A stretch of 55,735 bases of DNA from a virus (lineage: Duplodnaviria; Caudoviricetes). Location of the stretch: positions 1 through 55,735 of IMG/VR virus record IMGVR_UViG_3300028790_000007; one strand, written 5' to 3'. The notes under the pieces were generated by a model. That model did no database searches, had not been told where the DNA came from, and was given only the letters and a program-made list of their open reading frames with translations. This document shows, in pieces, positions 36,469 to 45,000 of this stretch. The translations under genes and the position numbers were made by a program. Numbering within the stretch: position 1 is the stretch's first letter; each line of letters opens with the position of its first letter.

Positions 36469-37302
36469 TCAGAACTCCTGACTGAATGCGTCTGGCGTGG
36501 ACGGCGGCGGATCCTGATAGGGCTGGTGAGGACCATAGTTGGAGCGGGTGACAGAGCGCCCCCGGTTTGCTGCCGCGACGGCATCGAGGTCGTCCTCCCA
36601 GCACCCCGCGTTGAGCCAGGTGGCGGGGTCCTTGATGAACTGCTTGTCGGGGCGGAACGGGTAGCGGGCCACCACCTCCACGATCTTGTCGGGGTCGGCG
36701 CGGCGGGCTGCCTTGGCCCAGGCTCGCCGGGCGGCGTCCTTGCTGACCTTCTTCGGGTAGGCGGCCCAGAACGTGTCGAACAGCTCCGCGACGGAGTGAT
36801 GGGTGACGAGGGCCAGTTGCCTCGCCTCATCGACAGGAGAGTCCGAAGGACTCTCCTTGGTGTTCTCTTCTTTGTCTTCTATAGGGCTGATTATCCGCCG
36901 CGGGTTATCCGCCGCGGATAATCCGCTCCGGCGGGTTTCCGGCTGATCTACCGCGTCGGATCGGCTGGTTTCCCGCCCCCTCGCGGGGAGGAGTTGCCCG
37001 GCGGCGTCGAACGGGTCGGACAGCACGTAATCCACCTCGCCCCACCGGCCGCCGTTGGCGCGTCCGCGGACGCGGGTGAGGTACCCGGCGTTCTCCAGCT
37101 CCGTGAGACCGGAGCGGACAGCCTCCTTGCCGTCGGTGCCGTCGCGGATGATCTGCGCCAGGGACAGCTCGTAGCCCTCGTTGTGAGTGTGCAGGTAGGC
37201 GAGGAGGCCGCGGGCCTTGTAGCCGAGGCGGCGATCACGGGCCCACTCGTTGCGTATCTGGACGAAGCGCACCGTGGGTGGGCGCGTAATCCTCACCGCC
37301 AC
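36469..37302 (-). CDS. Replication initiator (phage O/replisome-organizer-like, wHTH)
   Basis: F.QI.N...RD.RL..KA.GLL.YL...G.EAVRSGL.ELE.AGYL; C-terminal FW.AYPKK..K..A..AW..PATWLN...WED. Confidence 0.8.
   Translation of the reverse strand: MAVRITRPPTVRFVQIRNEWARDRRLGYKARGLLAYLHTHNEGYELSLAQIIRDGTDGKEAVRSGLTELENAGYLTRVRGRANGGRWGEVDYVLSDPFDAAGQLLPARGRETSRSDAVDQPETRRSGLSAADNPRRIISPIEDKEENTKESPSDSPVDEARQLALVTHHSVAELFDTFWAAYPKKVSKDAARRAWAKAARRADPDKIVEVVARYPFRPDKQFIKDPATWLNAGCWEDDLDAVAAANRGRSVTRSNYGPHQPYQDPPPSTPDAFSQEF
36856..36980. other. Putative replication origin inside the rep gene
   Basis: TTATCCGCCGCGG x2, inverted GCGGATAATC, degenerate GGTTTCC copies, adjacent AT-rich pyrimidine tract. 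Confidence 0.6.
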
Positions 37303-37490
37303 GACGCACCCCGGTGGGTGGCGCTGTCGGGTTGCCGGTCAGCTATCATGAGGTTGGCTCCTTCGGGTCGGACCTTCGGGTTCGGCACCCTCGGTGCTCC
37401 TTTCATTGGCGTGGAAGGCGAGTGGCGCCCGGCCCGGTTCCCCCGGCCGCCACTCTCATGTGCGGGCTGTCCCCCCGGAGAGGGAGGAGC

Positions 37491-38057
37491 CTATGCCCCC
37501 CGCTCCGCGGGCCCGGCGAGGAGCCGCACCGCCTTGTCGGACAACACCCAGACGGTGTGCTCCCGGCCGTGGTGGATGCGGGTCCGGCCGGAATCCTCCA
37601 GCCACCCGCCGTCCACCAGCTCCCCGCGGCGGGGACGCAGCGAATTGGGGCGGATGCCGGTGGCCGCGCTCAGCTCCACATCGGTGAGGCCGACGAGGGC
37701 GGGGTTACGGGCGACAGCGGCAACGGCGGCGAGGAGCCGGTGCCGCTGGGTGCCTGTCCGCGGTTCGACGGCGGCGGCCGCCGCGATCGAGGTCCGGCGG
37801 GCCGCTCGTTGCCGCTGTCCCGGCCCGGGACGGTCCGGCGGGGGGAGGACACCGGCGGACGGGTCGGAAGCCGTTAGCGAAGCGCTCGCGGCGTCGGCGG
37901 CCGCCGCCCGGAGGAACCGGTGCCCCCGTTCGAGTCCGCGGGCGGCGTCGTCCAGGGTCTTCGCCCAGGCAGCGAGCTGCCGGGCGTTCGCTGTCCCCGC
38001 CCCGCGCATGCGGCGGGCGGTAGCGCGGATAGACTTAACCTCCCCGTCGAGGGTCAC
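37491..38057 (-). CDS. Winged-HTH protein
   Basis: GLTD.EL...TG...NS.RPRR.ELV..G...DSG. Confidence 0.65.
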   Translation of the reverse strand: MTLDGEVKSIRATARRMRGAGTANARQLAAWAKTLDDAARGLERGHRFLRAAAADAASASLTASDPSAGVLPPPDRPGPGQRQRAARRTSIAAAAAVEPRTGTQRHRLLAAVAAVARNPALVGLTDVELSAATGIRPNSLRPRRGELVDGGWLEDSGRTRIHHGREHTVWVLSDKAVRLLAGPAERGA

Positions 38058-38253
38058 CGGGTCACGTCCAACAGGTGCCCGGCGGAGGCGTCGCGAGCGG
38101 ACAACGCCCACCGGCAGTCGCAGGCCCACCCGCAGGAGCACGACACCTGCCACCGCACGCTGCTCAAGTTGCGAACACGGGTGTCATGGTCGGGCACGAC
38201 GGCCCGCGGCCCGCGGCGGGCCCGGCCGATGGCGCGACCACGGCCATGCCGGG

Positions 38254-39114
38254 TCACTTCGCGTCCTCGCGGGTGATGCGGACGCCGCGGTACTGGCGCA
38301 GGCCGACGGAGCGCACCTGCCGGAGGACAGCGGCGTCGGCGTCGCGACCCAGCCCGGCGAGGCGCTTCCGCTCCGCCTCCAGCAGCTTGATGCCGGGCGT
38401 GTAGGTGCCGAGGCGGCGGAGCTTGTCGATAGCGTCCCGACACAGACTCACCGCCTCCTCGTTCGTCCAGACAGGAACCTCCGACGGCTCCTCCCCCGGC
38501 GCCAGCATCGCGGGCTCCGGCTTGCGGCCCTCGTCGGCCACCACCGTCTCCGCGATCCACGCCGCGAGTGTGTCCACGTCCCAGGTGGAGCCGCCCGGCT
38601 TCCAGTCGGGGGTGACAGCGATCCGCTGCCCGGTGCCGTCGGGCACGAACAGGGACCCGGCGGGCGCCTCTTCGTAGCCGGGCAGGCCCCCGTTGGCGGT
38701 CAGCGCCTCCTCCTCCAGGAGGGCGGTGCACTCCCTGGCGGCGGCGGTGAACGCCTGCGCCCACTGGGTCAGGACCTCCTGCGCAGCGGTGACCCGGCGC
38801 ACCAGCTCGAAAACATCTTCCGGCACGACGACCGTGCCTCGGGCCTTGCGGAACGCTGCGGCGGAGGCCCGCAGCTCCTCCACCAGCCGGTCACGGACGA
38901 CGGGCGCCAGGCGCCGCATGTCGTCTACCTCCAGCACGAACGATCCGAGGTCGATGCGGCCCAGGGGGACAGCGGGCAGGTTGGCGGCGTAGCGAGGGCA
39001 CTCCGGGTAGTGGCCGCCAACGGCGGTGCAGCCACGGCAGTCGGCGGTCATGAATTCGGGGTAGCGGCCCTCGGCGGCGTTCTGCTCGGCGGTGCGGGGG
39101 GTTGTCTCGGTCAT
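38254..39114 (-). CDS. Hypothetical protein
   Basis: 286 aa ORF with typical coding composition, coupled to neighbours. Confidence 0.6.
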   Translation of the reverse strand: MTETTPRTAEQNAAEGRYPEFMTADCRGCTAVGGHYPECPRYAANLPAVPLGRIDLGSFVLEVDDMRRLAPVVRDRLVEELRASAAAFRKARGTVVVPEDVFELVRRVTAAQEVLTQWAQAFTAAARECTALLEEEALTANGGLPGYEEAPAGSLFVPDGTGQRIAVTPDWKPGGSTWDVDTLAAWIAETVVADEGRKPEPAMLAPGEEPSEVPVWTNEEAVSLCRDAIDKLRRLGTYTPGIKLLEAERKRLAGLGRDADAAVLRQVRSVGLRQYRGVRITREDAK

Positions 39115-39542
39115 GGCGTGGATGGCTCCTCAATCAGGGTGTTGCCCTCCGGCGGACAGCAGGAGGGGTTGGTGCAGTCCAGCGAGCGCCAAGTGGTGCC
39201 GCTGGGGGTTCGGGACACGATCAGGGCGTCGTGCACGGTGAGGTCGTAGCGGACAGCAGCGGCCACCATCCACCGCAGCCAGGCAGACAGCTCCGGGCTG
39301 GTGGGGTGCGGCTCCCCGGTGTAGACGACGAGGGCGCAGCGGGTGGCCCCGTCCTCCCACAGGCGGGCGATGGCGTTGACGTGATCGGCGGGCCACAGGT
39401 CCGGGGGGAGGGCGACAGCGACGGCATGCGCGCGGTCCTCGTCGTTCCAGCCGAGCAGGATGGTTTCGGCGGTGACCGGCCTGCGGCCGAGGACCTGGGG
39501 CAGGGTGCGCAGCAGCTCCGCCGGACCTCGGAGCGGTGTCAC
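39111..39542 (-). CDS. Short DUF4192-like protein
   Basis: LRGPAELL..LP..LG..P...ALVVY...DAL.V...WRS..C....CCPPEG. Confidence 0.65.
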   Translation of the reverse strand: MTPLRGPAELLRTLPQVLGRRPVTAETILLGWNDEDRAHAVAVALPPDLWPADHVNAIARLWEDGATRCALVVYTGEPHPTSPELSAWLRWMVAAAVRYDLTVHDALIVSRTPSGTTWRSLDCTNPSCCPPEGNTLIEEPSTP

Positions 39543-39799
39543 GGCAGGAGGTTGGCGAGGAGGGCGCCGTCACGCCAGGCGGCCCGGCGGGCGGCGAGGA
39601 CAGCCCGCTGACGGCGGGTGGCGGCCAGCCGCTGCTCGTACTCGATCTGCGAGGCGAGAGCGATCGGGCAGGACAGGGGGGCGCGTCCGCGGCAGCCGTA
39701 GTGGCCGCAGCCGAGACGGTCGGCGGGGCAGATACAGCCGGTGCGGCAGACGTGGCAGCCCACCGGGGGGGCGAGGGGGAGGAGCGGGCGGGTGGTCAT
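39539..39799 (-). CDS. Small Cys-rich protein
   Basis: Follows promoter cassette 6; CHVC..CIC..CGH.GC..C. Confidence 0.55.
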   Translation of the reverse strand: MTTRPLLPLAPPVGCHVCRTGCICPADRLGCGHYGCRGRAPLSCPIALASQIEYEQRLAATRRQRAVLAARRAAWRDGALLANLLP

Positions 39800-39822
39800 G
39801 GGTCTCCTTCGGCGTGGGCGGG

Positions 39823-39865
39823 CTGTCCCCCCGATTATGCACGCACACTAGCGCGGGAGCTAGCT
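39823..39865 (-). promoter_or_regulatory. Repeated promoter cassette copy 6
   Basis: TAGTGTGCGTGCATAATCGGGGGGACAG. Confidence 0.7.
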
Positions 39866-39890
39866 TGCGGGGGGCCCAGCCTAGAACCGA

Positions 39891-39924
39891 CAGTGCCCCC
39901 CGCCTGTCTCGGCGGGGGGCACTG
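39891..39924 (-). terminator. Stem-loop terminator
   Basis: cagtgccccccgcc / ggcggggggcactg. Confidence 0.7.
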
Positions 39925-39940
39925 TGTCCGGCGGGTCAGC

Positions 39941-40828
39941 TCACCAGTCGGCCTTCTTGGCGCAATCCGGGCCCAGGCCCGCGGACCGTGAGGTCTCATC
40001 AGTCAACTCCCGGCCGCACCGCCCGCAGCAGCCAATGAGCTGACCGTAGAGGGCGGCGGCCTCGCGGGGGTTGGCGGCGATCCAGCGCAGGGCGTCGGTG
40101 TCGGTGCCGCGGTAGGGGTGCTCGGAGGGCCCGGCCTGCGAGTAGACGCGACCCGTCCGGCTGACCCGCAGGAACATGGCCTGCGCGTCCTCCGGCTGAA
40201 AAGCGTAGCGGCCCTCGCGGATGCCGTGGGCGGAGGTGGCGGCGGTGGCGCGGGGGCGCTTAGACAGCACGTCGATGGCGAGGGAGGCGTCCGCGAAGGA
40301 CAGGGTGGCCGGGTCGATCAGGGCGTAGTCGGAGCCCTCGGGGGCGACGCGGGTGGCGAGGAGGTCCGTCAGGTAGCTGATCTGGCCCTCGGTGGCCTTG
40401 CGCTCCGGGCGGACGGCGGCGGTGCCCTCGCGGCGGGCCTTGTCGAGGGCCTTCTTGGCGCCGTCGATGATGAGGGAGGCGTGCGACTTGTCGCGGGGGG
40501 TCTGCAGCTCGTAGCCGAGGTCGCGGGCAAGGGAGGCGAGGAAGCGGATCTGCCCGTCGGTGGGGGCGTTGCGGTTGCCGCCGGTGCTGTTGCCGGAGCC
40601 GGTGCCGCGGAGCGCGGGCGCCTCGTCGGCGGTGGCGCGCTCGGTGGTGGTGCCGACCTCGGCGGCGGCGTCCTCGCAGGCGGCCAGGTAGGCGTCCAGG
40701 TAGATGTCGGTGGCCTGCTCTTCGACGGTGACACCGGGGTTGGCGCGGCGGAAGGCCTGCGCCTCCCGCATCCGGGCGAGGGACCAGGAGTCGGTGGTGA
40801 CGGTCCAGCGGGGGGTGGTGGCGTTCAT
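39941..40828 (-). CDS. DUF6011-domain protein (starts MNATT)
   Basis: C-terminal CGRCGRELTD..S...GLGPDC; two internal (P/A)T(D/E)GQI..L..L repeats. Confidence 0.75.
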   Translation of the reverse strand: MNATTPRWTVTTDSWSLARMREAQAFRRANPGVTVEEQATDIYLDAYLAACEDAAAEVGTTTERATADEAPALRGTGSGNSTGGNRNAPTDGQIRFLASLARDLGYELQTPRDKSHASLIIDGAKKALDKARREGTAAVRPERKATEGQISYLTDLLATRVAPEGSDYALIDPATLSFADASLAIDVLSKRPRATAATSAHGIREGRYAFQPEDAQAMFLRVSRTGRVYSQAGPSEHPYRGTDTDALRWIAANPREAAALYGQLIGCCGRCGRELTDETSRSAGLGPDCAKKADW

Positions 40829-40854
40829 GGTGTGCTCCTTGGCGTGGAGGGGGC

Positions 40855-40896
40855 CTGTCCCCCGTATTATGCACACACCTAACCCTGTTGTGTCTA
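40855..40896 (-). promoter_or_regulatory. Repeated promoter cassette copy 7
   Basis: TAGACA-N19-CATAAT-ACGGGGGACAG. Confidence 0.85.
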
Positions 40897-40925
40897 TCCG
40901 GCGCGCCGCGCGTCGTCCCCCGAGC

Positions 40926-40970
40926 GAGTGATGGCCCGGCTCCCAGGGAAGGAGAGCCGGGCCATCACTC
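40926..40970 (-). terminator. Terminator after ssb
   Basis: gagtgatggcccggctc / gagccgggccatcactc 17-bp stem. Confidence 0.75.
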
Positions 40971-40982
40971 AGTGTGCATGCG

Positions 40983-41441
40983 TCAGAACGGAGGCTCCTC
41001 CGAGGCGGCACCCGCCATGGACGACCCCCACGGGTCATCCAGTCCGCCGGACCGCTGCGCCGGGGCGGAGTCCCGGCGGGCGGCGCGCATAACCTTGGCA
41101 TCCGCGAACTTCAAGGACGGGCCGACCTCCTCCACGTCCAGCTCCACGACGGTGCGCTTCTCCCCTTCCTTCGTCTCATAGGAGCGCTGCTTGAGGCGGC
41201 CCTGGACGATGACCCGGCTGCCCTTCGTCAGGGACTCCGCGACGTGCTCGGCGGCGTCCCGCCACACACTGCACCGGAGGAACAGGGCGTCCCCGTCCCG
41301 CCACTCCTGGCTCTGCTTGTCGAACGTGCGGGGGGTGCTCGCGACGGTGAAGTTGGCGACGGCCGCCCCGGACGGGGTGAAGCGCAGCTCAGGGTCGGCG
41401 GTCAGATTTCCGACGACGCAAATCGTTGTCTCGCCTGCCAT
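40983..41441 (-). CDS. ssb: Single-stranded DNA-binding protein
   Basis: [38 protein letters not shown]...EEPPF; very host-like actinobacterial SSB. Confidence 0.97.
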   Translation of the reverse strand: MAGETTICVVGNLTADPELRFTPSGAAVANFTVASTPRTFDKQSQEWRDGDALFLRCSVWRDAAEHVAESLTKGSRVIVQGRLKQRSYETKEGEKRTVVELDVEEVGPSLKFADAKVMRAARRDSAPAQRSGGLDDPWGSSMAGAASEEPPF

Positions 41442-42094
41442 GTCAGGCTCCTTTTCGGTCGGTGGTGCCGGGGTGGGTGCGCGGGCGGCGTGTCCGCCCG
41501 GCCGCCGGGCGGGGAGGCCCGGTGGATCGGTTGCCCCGCGCCCACAGGGCACGGGCGCGGGGGTCGGCCGGTGGCTCCTCGCGGAGCTGTCCGGCGTCGC
41601 GGAGGGCGGCGCGTAGCCGCTCCATGTGCGGGAGGGTGCCGTTGATGGCTTCCGCCATCTGCCGCATGACGGCCTGGAAGGAGTCGCGGACGGCGCGCCA
41701 GCGGGCGAGGGAGGCCGCCAGCGGCTCTCCGGTGTAGAGCGACCACTGCCGGGCGAGGGGGAACAGCTCCGGCTCGGAGGCCCGTAGCCGCTCCGCCTCC
41801 GCGGCCGCGTGGAGGGCGACAGCGGAGACGGACGGCGGTGCCGCGTGGCAGGGACAGGCGAGGTCGGCGCAGGTCCTCATCCGCCACCCACCTCGGGGAG
41901 GGGGCGGACGCGGGGGTCGTGGCGGCTGCCCGCCTTGACGAGGGTGTGCGTGATCGTGACGACCTCCGCGGCCGCCAGGTCGGAGTAGCGGTCCGCGGAG
42001 GACAGCTCCCGCTGGACGACGAGCCAGCGGGAGCCGTCCGGCATGGTCAGCTCCCCGACGAGGGGGGCGGTGGATTCGCCCCATAGGTCGGCGA

Positions 42095-42724
42095 TCACCC
42101 GAAGCCACCGCCCCCCCGCATGGCCTCGCGGATGGAGGACAGGACGGACTGGAGGACGTTGGCCTTGGTGCGGAGGTTATGCAGCCCCTCTTTCGCTGTC
42201 CGGCACGTCATCTCCAATAATTGCCATTCTTCGTACTCGTCGCGGCAGGCCAGCAGGGCGTCGTCCTCCCGTTCGCCGACGGTGCGCCGCTCCGAGGTGA
42301 AGCGGGCGCGGGCGAAGTCCAGCTCGTAGCGGACCTTGGCGGCGGAGCGGGCCTCCTCCTTTGTGGTGAGGAACCCGGCGCCGCGTTCGATCCGGTCGAG
42401 GGTGTCCACCAGTTCCAGCTCCACCTCCTCCGGGGTGTACGGGCGGGAGGAGGCCGGGTTGGTCGGGTCCCAGGTGACGTGCCGGAGGCCGCCGACGGAA
42501 CGCTCATCGCCCTCCCGCTGGGTGGGGTCGGTGGTGCCCGGCCGGTCCTTCGGGACGATGGCCTGGTGGGCGGCGGCGGGGACCTCCTCCCCGCAGGCGG
42601 TGCACACCTGGACGCGGCCGCCCACCACCTCCGCGAGGCGCCGGGCTCCGGCCGGGTGCGGGCAGCCGCTGTCCTCCTCCTCGGGCGGGGACACCTCGGC
42701 GCCCGTCTCGTCGATGACGGTCAC
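42095..42724 (-). CDS. Hypothetical protein (Zn-finger plus coiled coil) next to ERF
   Basis: CPH..C..CG; coupled to the ERF gene. Confidence 0.55.
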   Translation of the reverse strand: MTVIDETGAEVSPPEEEDSGCPHPAGARRLAEVVGGRVQVCTACGEEVPAAAHQAIVPKDRPGTTDPTQREGDERSVGGLRHVTWDPTNPASSRPYTPEEVELELVDTLDRIERGAGFLTTKEEARSAAKVRYELDFARARFTSERRTVGEREDDALLACRDEYEEWQLLEMTCRTAKEGLHNLRTKANVLQSVLSSIREAMRGGGGFG

Positions 42725-43533
42725 GCGGGCTCACCCCCGGCCTGGCCCTCCAGGGCGGCGCGGCGCTGGTCGAACAGCACGGACAGCGGAACCACGGAGC
42801 CGTCCTCCAGGGGCACGGGGACGGTGAGCAGTTCCAGGGCGCGGCGGCGCACCCCGGCGAGGGCGTCCACACCCGTGCAGCCGTCAGCGGCCTGCGCGGC
42901 GGTGATGGCGCGGGTGACCTCCTCCGCGGTGAACGGGCGGGCGGCCTCGTTGGTGGCGTCGGCCTCGTCGTCCGCGGACTGCTCGGTGGGAATGGTGAAC
43001 GCCTGGAACACGAGGGTCTTGTAGGACTGGCTGTGCGCCTTCTGGGTGGCTTTATCGCCGGAGTCGGCACCCTCCCCCCACGCGGCGGCGGGCAGGGTGG
43101 AGCCGTCCGGGCCCATGAATGTGTAGCCGACGAGGAGTCGGGCCACGTTGAGGGTGCCGCCCTTGGCGGTGGCCCGGGTTTCCCACTGCTCCCGGACCAC
43201 CTGACCGGGCACGATCACCAGACCCACGTCACCCAGGATGGGGTGGAGGGCGGCGAGGGCCTGATCTATGCCGCGGAAGCGGTAGCCCTCCGTGGATCGG
43301 CCCGTCTTCTCGATGGCGCCGATGCGGCGGGTCACCTCTGCGATGGCCTCGCCGACGGACAGGGGGAACTCCTGGCCGAAGAAGCCGATGCGGCGGGAAG
43401 TGTGCGGTTCCTCCGGCGCGGGCTCCGGCGCCGGGGCGGGCGGGGCTGTCGGCGGGACCTCCTCGATGGGAACGGGGGCGGGCTCCCCGGCGGGGGAGGG
43501 ATCGGTCTTGGTGTTGGTGCGTTGGCCAGGCAT
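42721..43533 (-). CDS. ERF-family single-strand annealing recombinase
   Basis: I.K......GY.FRGID.....L...L...G; GEG.DSGDKA..KA.S..YK....F.IPT. Confidence 0.85.
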   Translation of the reverse strand: MPGQRTNTKTDPSPAGEPAPVPIEEVPPTAPPAPAPEPAPEEPHTSRRIGFFGQEFPLSVGEAIAEVTRRIGAIEKTGRSTEGYRFRGIDQALAALHPILGDVGLVIVPGQVVREQWETRATAKGGTLNVARLLVGYTFMGPDGSTLPAAAWGEGADSGDKATQKAHSQSYKTLVFQAFTIPTEQSADDEADATNEAARPFTAEEVTRAITAAQAADGCTGVDALAGVRRRALELLTVPVPLEDGSVVPLSVLFDQRRAALEGQAGGEPA

Positions 43534-43781
43534 CAGTGGCTCCTACGGTGGGAGTCGGCGTTCGGGCAGGTGGCGAAGTGCGAGGTGTAGCGGGTGGAGC
43601 TGGGGTCGCGCTCCGAGGAGACGACGGCCAGCGGGGAGTCGTAGGACTCCAGCGGGGGGACGAGGGTGACGTTGCCGTCCGGTGTCGGCTCCGCGTCCAC
43701 CGGCATGCGCTTCCCGGCGGGGGTGCGGGCCCAGATGATCGGCGCCGGACAGCTCCCGCAGGTTGTGGTCCGGTAAGGCAC
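43533..43781 (-). CDS. Small Zn-finger protein
   Basis: C.SC.API.W..T..GK.MPVD....HFATCP. Confidence 0.65.
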   Translation of the reverse strand: MPYRTTTCGSCPAPIIWARTPAGKRMPVDAEPTPDGNVTLVPPLESYDSPLAVVSSERDPSSTRYTSHFATCPNADSHRRSH

Positions 43782-43783
43782 CG

Positions 43784-44005
43784 TCAGTCCTCCGGCGGGG
43801 TGGCGGCGTAGGCGTCCAGCTTGCCCGCGGCGTAGGCGGCCATGAGGGAGCGCAGCACGTCGGTGTAGTCACCGTGGTCCTTGCGGGCGGCCCGCTCCTC
43901 CCCCTTGCGGCGGTGCTCGGCGTTGACGTACAGACCCCAGCGGGCCCGGTTCTTGATCTTCGGGGGGCGTCCGGCGGGGCGCTTCGCGACGGGTGGTGCG
44001 GTCAT
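43784..44005 (-). CDS. Small basic DNA-binding protein (ribbon-helix-helix-like)
   Basis: GRPP, beta-like RWGLYV, two helices ending TDVLRSLMAAY; directly behind promoter cassette 8. Confidence 0.5.
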   Translation of the reverse strand: MTAPPVAKRPAGRPPKIKNRARWGLYVNAEHRRKGEERAARKDHGDYTDVLRSLMAAYAAGKLDAYAATPPED

Positions 44006-44029
44006 GGTGTCCTCCTCGGCGTGGTACAA

Positions 44030-44070
44030 CTGTCCCCCCGATTATGCACGATAGGAACCGAGGGGGACAG
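44030..44070. promoter_or_regulatory. Promoter cassette copy 8, bracketed by inverted CTGTCCCCC/GGGGGACAG; divergent control region
   Basis: ctgtccccccgattatgcacgataggaaccgagggggacag. Confidence 0.7.
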
Positions 44071-44078
44071 CGTTGGGG

Positions 44079-44459
44079 ATGCGCGAGTTGCGGCGGGCCG
44101 CGTGGCAGCGGGAGGACGGTCGGTGCGCGATCACCGGGGCTCTCCTCGGCGAGGTGGACGGCGACCTGTGGCAGCTCCACCACCGGCGGCCGGGCGGCAT
44201 GGGAGGCACCCGACGACCCGATCAGGACAGCCTGCCGAACGTGATCGCGTTGCTGGCGCGGGTCCACAACTTCGGGGCGCCCGGCCTGATCATCGACGGC
44301 GAGGACGGTCGCTCCGTCCACGGCGACCCCGCATGGTCCGGGCCGCGCGGCTACCTGCTGTCCCCGAGTGAGCCTGATCCGGGGGCGGTGCCGCTGCTGC
44401 TGCGCGGGCGGCGGTGGGTGTTCCTCACCCCGGAGGGCGGCTACGAGCCGGTCACCTGA
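44079..44459 (+). CDS. HNH endonuclease
   Basis: RE.GRC...G...LHHRR..GMGG....N.I.L...VHN. Confidence 0.75.
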   Translation: MRELRRAAWQREDGRCAITGALLGEVDGDLWQLHHRRPGGMGGTRRPDQDSLPNVIALLARVHNFGAPGLIIDGEDGRSVHGDPAWSGPRGYLLSPSEPDPGAVPLLLRGRRWVFLTPEGGYEPVT

Positions 44460-44460
44460 C

Positions 44461-45000
44461 TCAGTACGGCATGGCGGACAGCCGCCGGTTGGTGATGCCC
44501 CCATAGGGGGCGACAGCGGTGGACGAGTAGGTGAGGGCGTAGCGGGCGGCGACGGTGTACCAGCCGGGGGCGAGGCCGGTGTGCAGGCCGAAGGTGGAGG
44601 CGGCGCCGCGGGCGTCCTGGCCGGTGCCGGAGTGCTGCACCTCGTAGGAGCGGTCGTAGGCGGGGGCGACGACCTGCGCGGCGGTCAGCGACAGGGCGGC
44701 GGTGGCGGCGGGGCCGAGGACGGCGTACGAGGTGTACACGGAGCACTTGTTGCCGGAGGCGACCTGGGAGGCGGCCACGTCCACGCGGAGGCGGCCGGAG
44801 GCGACGTACAGGGAGACGAGGGGGGTGCCGGACACCCAGCCGACGCTGCCGACGGTGCTCGGCGTCCCCCACAGCTCCACCAGCGCCAGGTCGACGGCGG
44901 TGATCTGACCGAACGGGTTGGCGGTGCGCAGGGCCCGCAGCCCGGTCTCCAGCTCGCCGAGGCGCGCCTCCAGGGTGTCGTCCAGGGTTTGCGCCATCAC
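44461..45000 (-). CDS. Minor tail protein
   Basis: N-terminal coiled coil plus beta-rich domain at the end of the tail module. Confidence 0.55.
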   Translation of the reverse strand: MMAQTLDDTLEARLGELETGLRALRTANPFGQITAVDLALVELWGTPSTVGSVGWVSGTPLVSLYVASGRLRVDVAASQVASGNKCSVYTSYAVLGPAATAALSLTAAQVVAPAYDRSYEVQHSGTGQDARGAASTFGLHTGLAPGWYTVAARYALTYSSTAVAPYGGITNRRLSAMPY

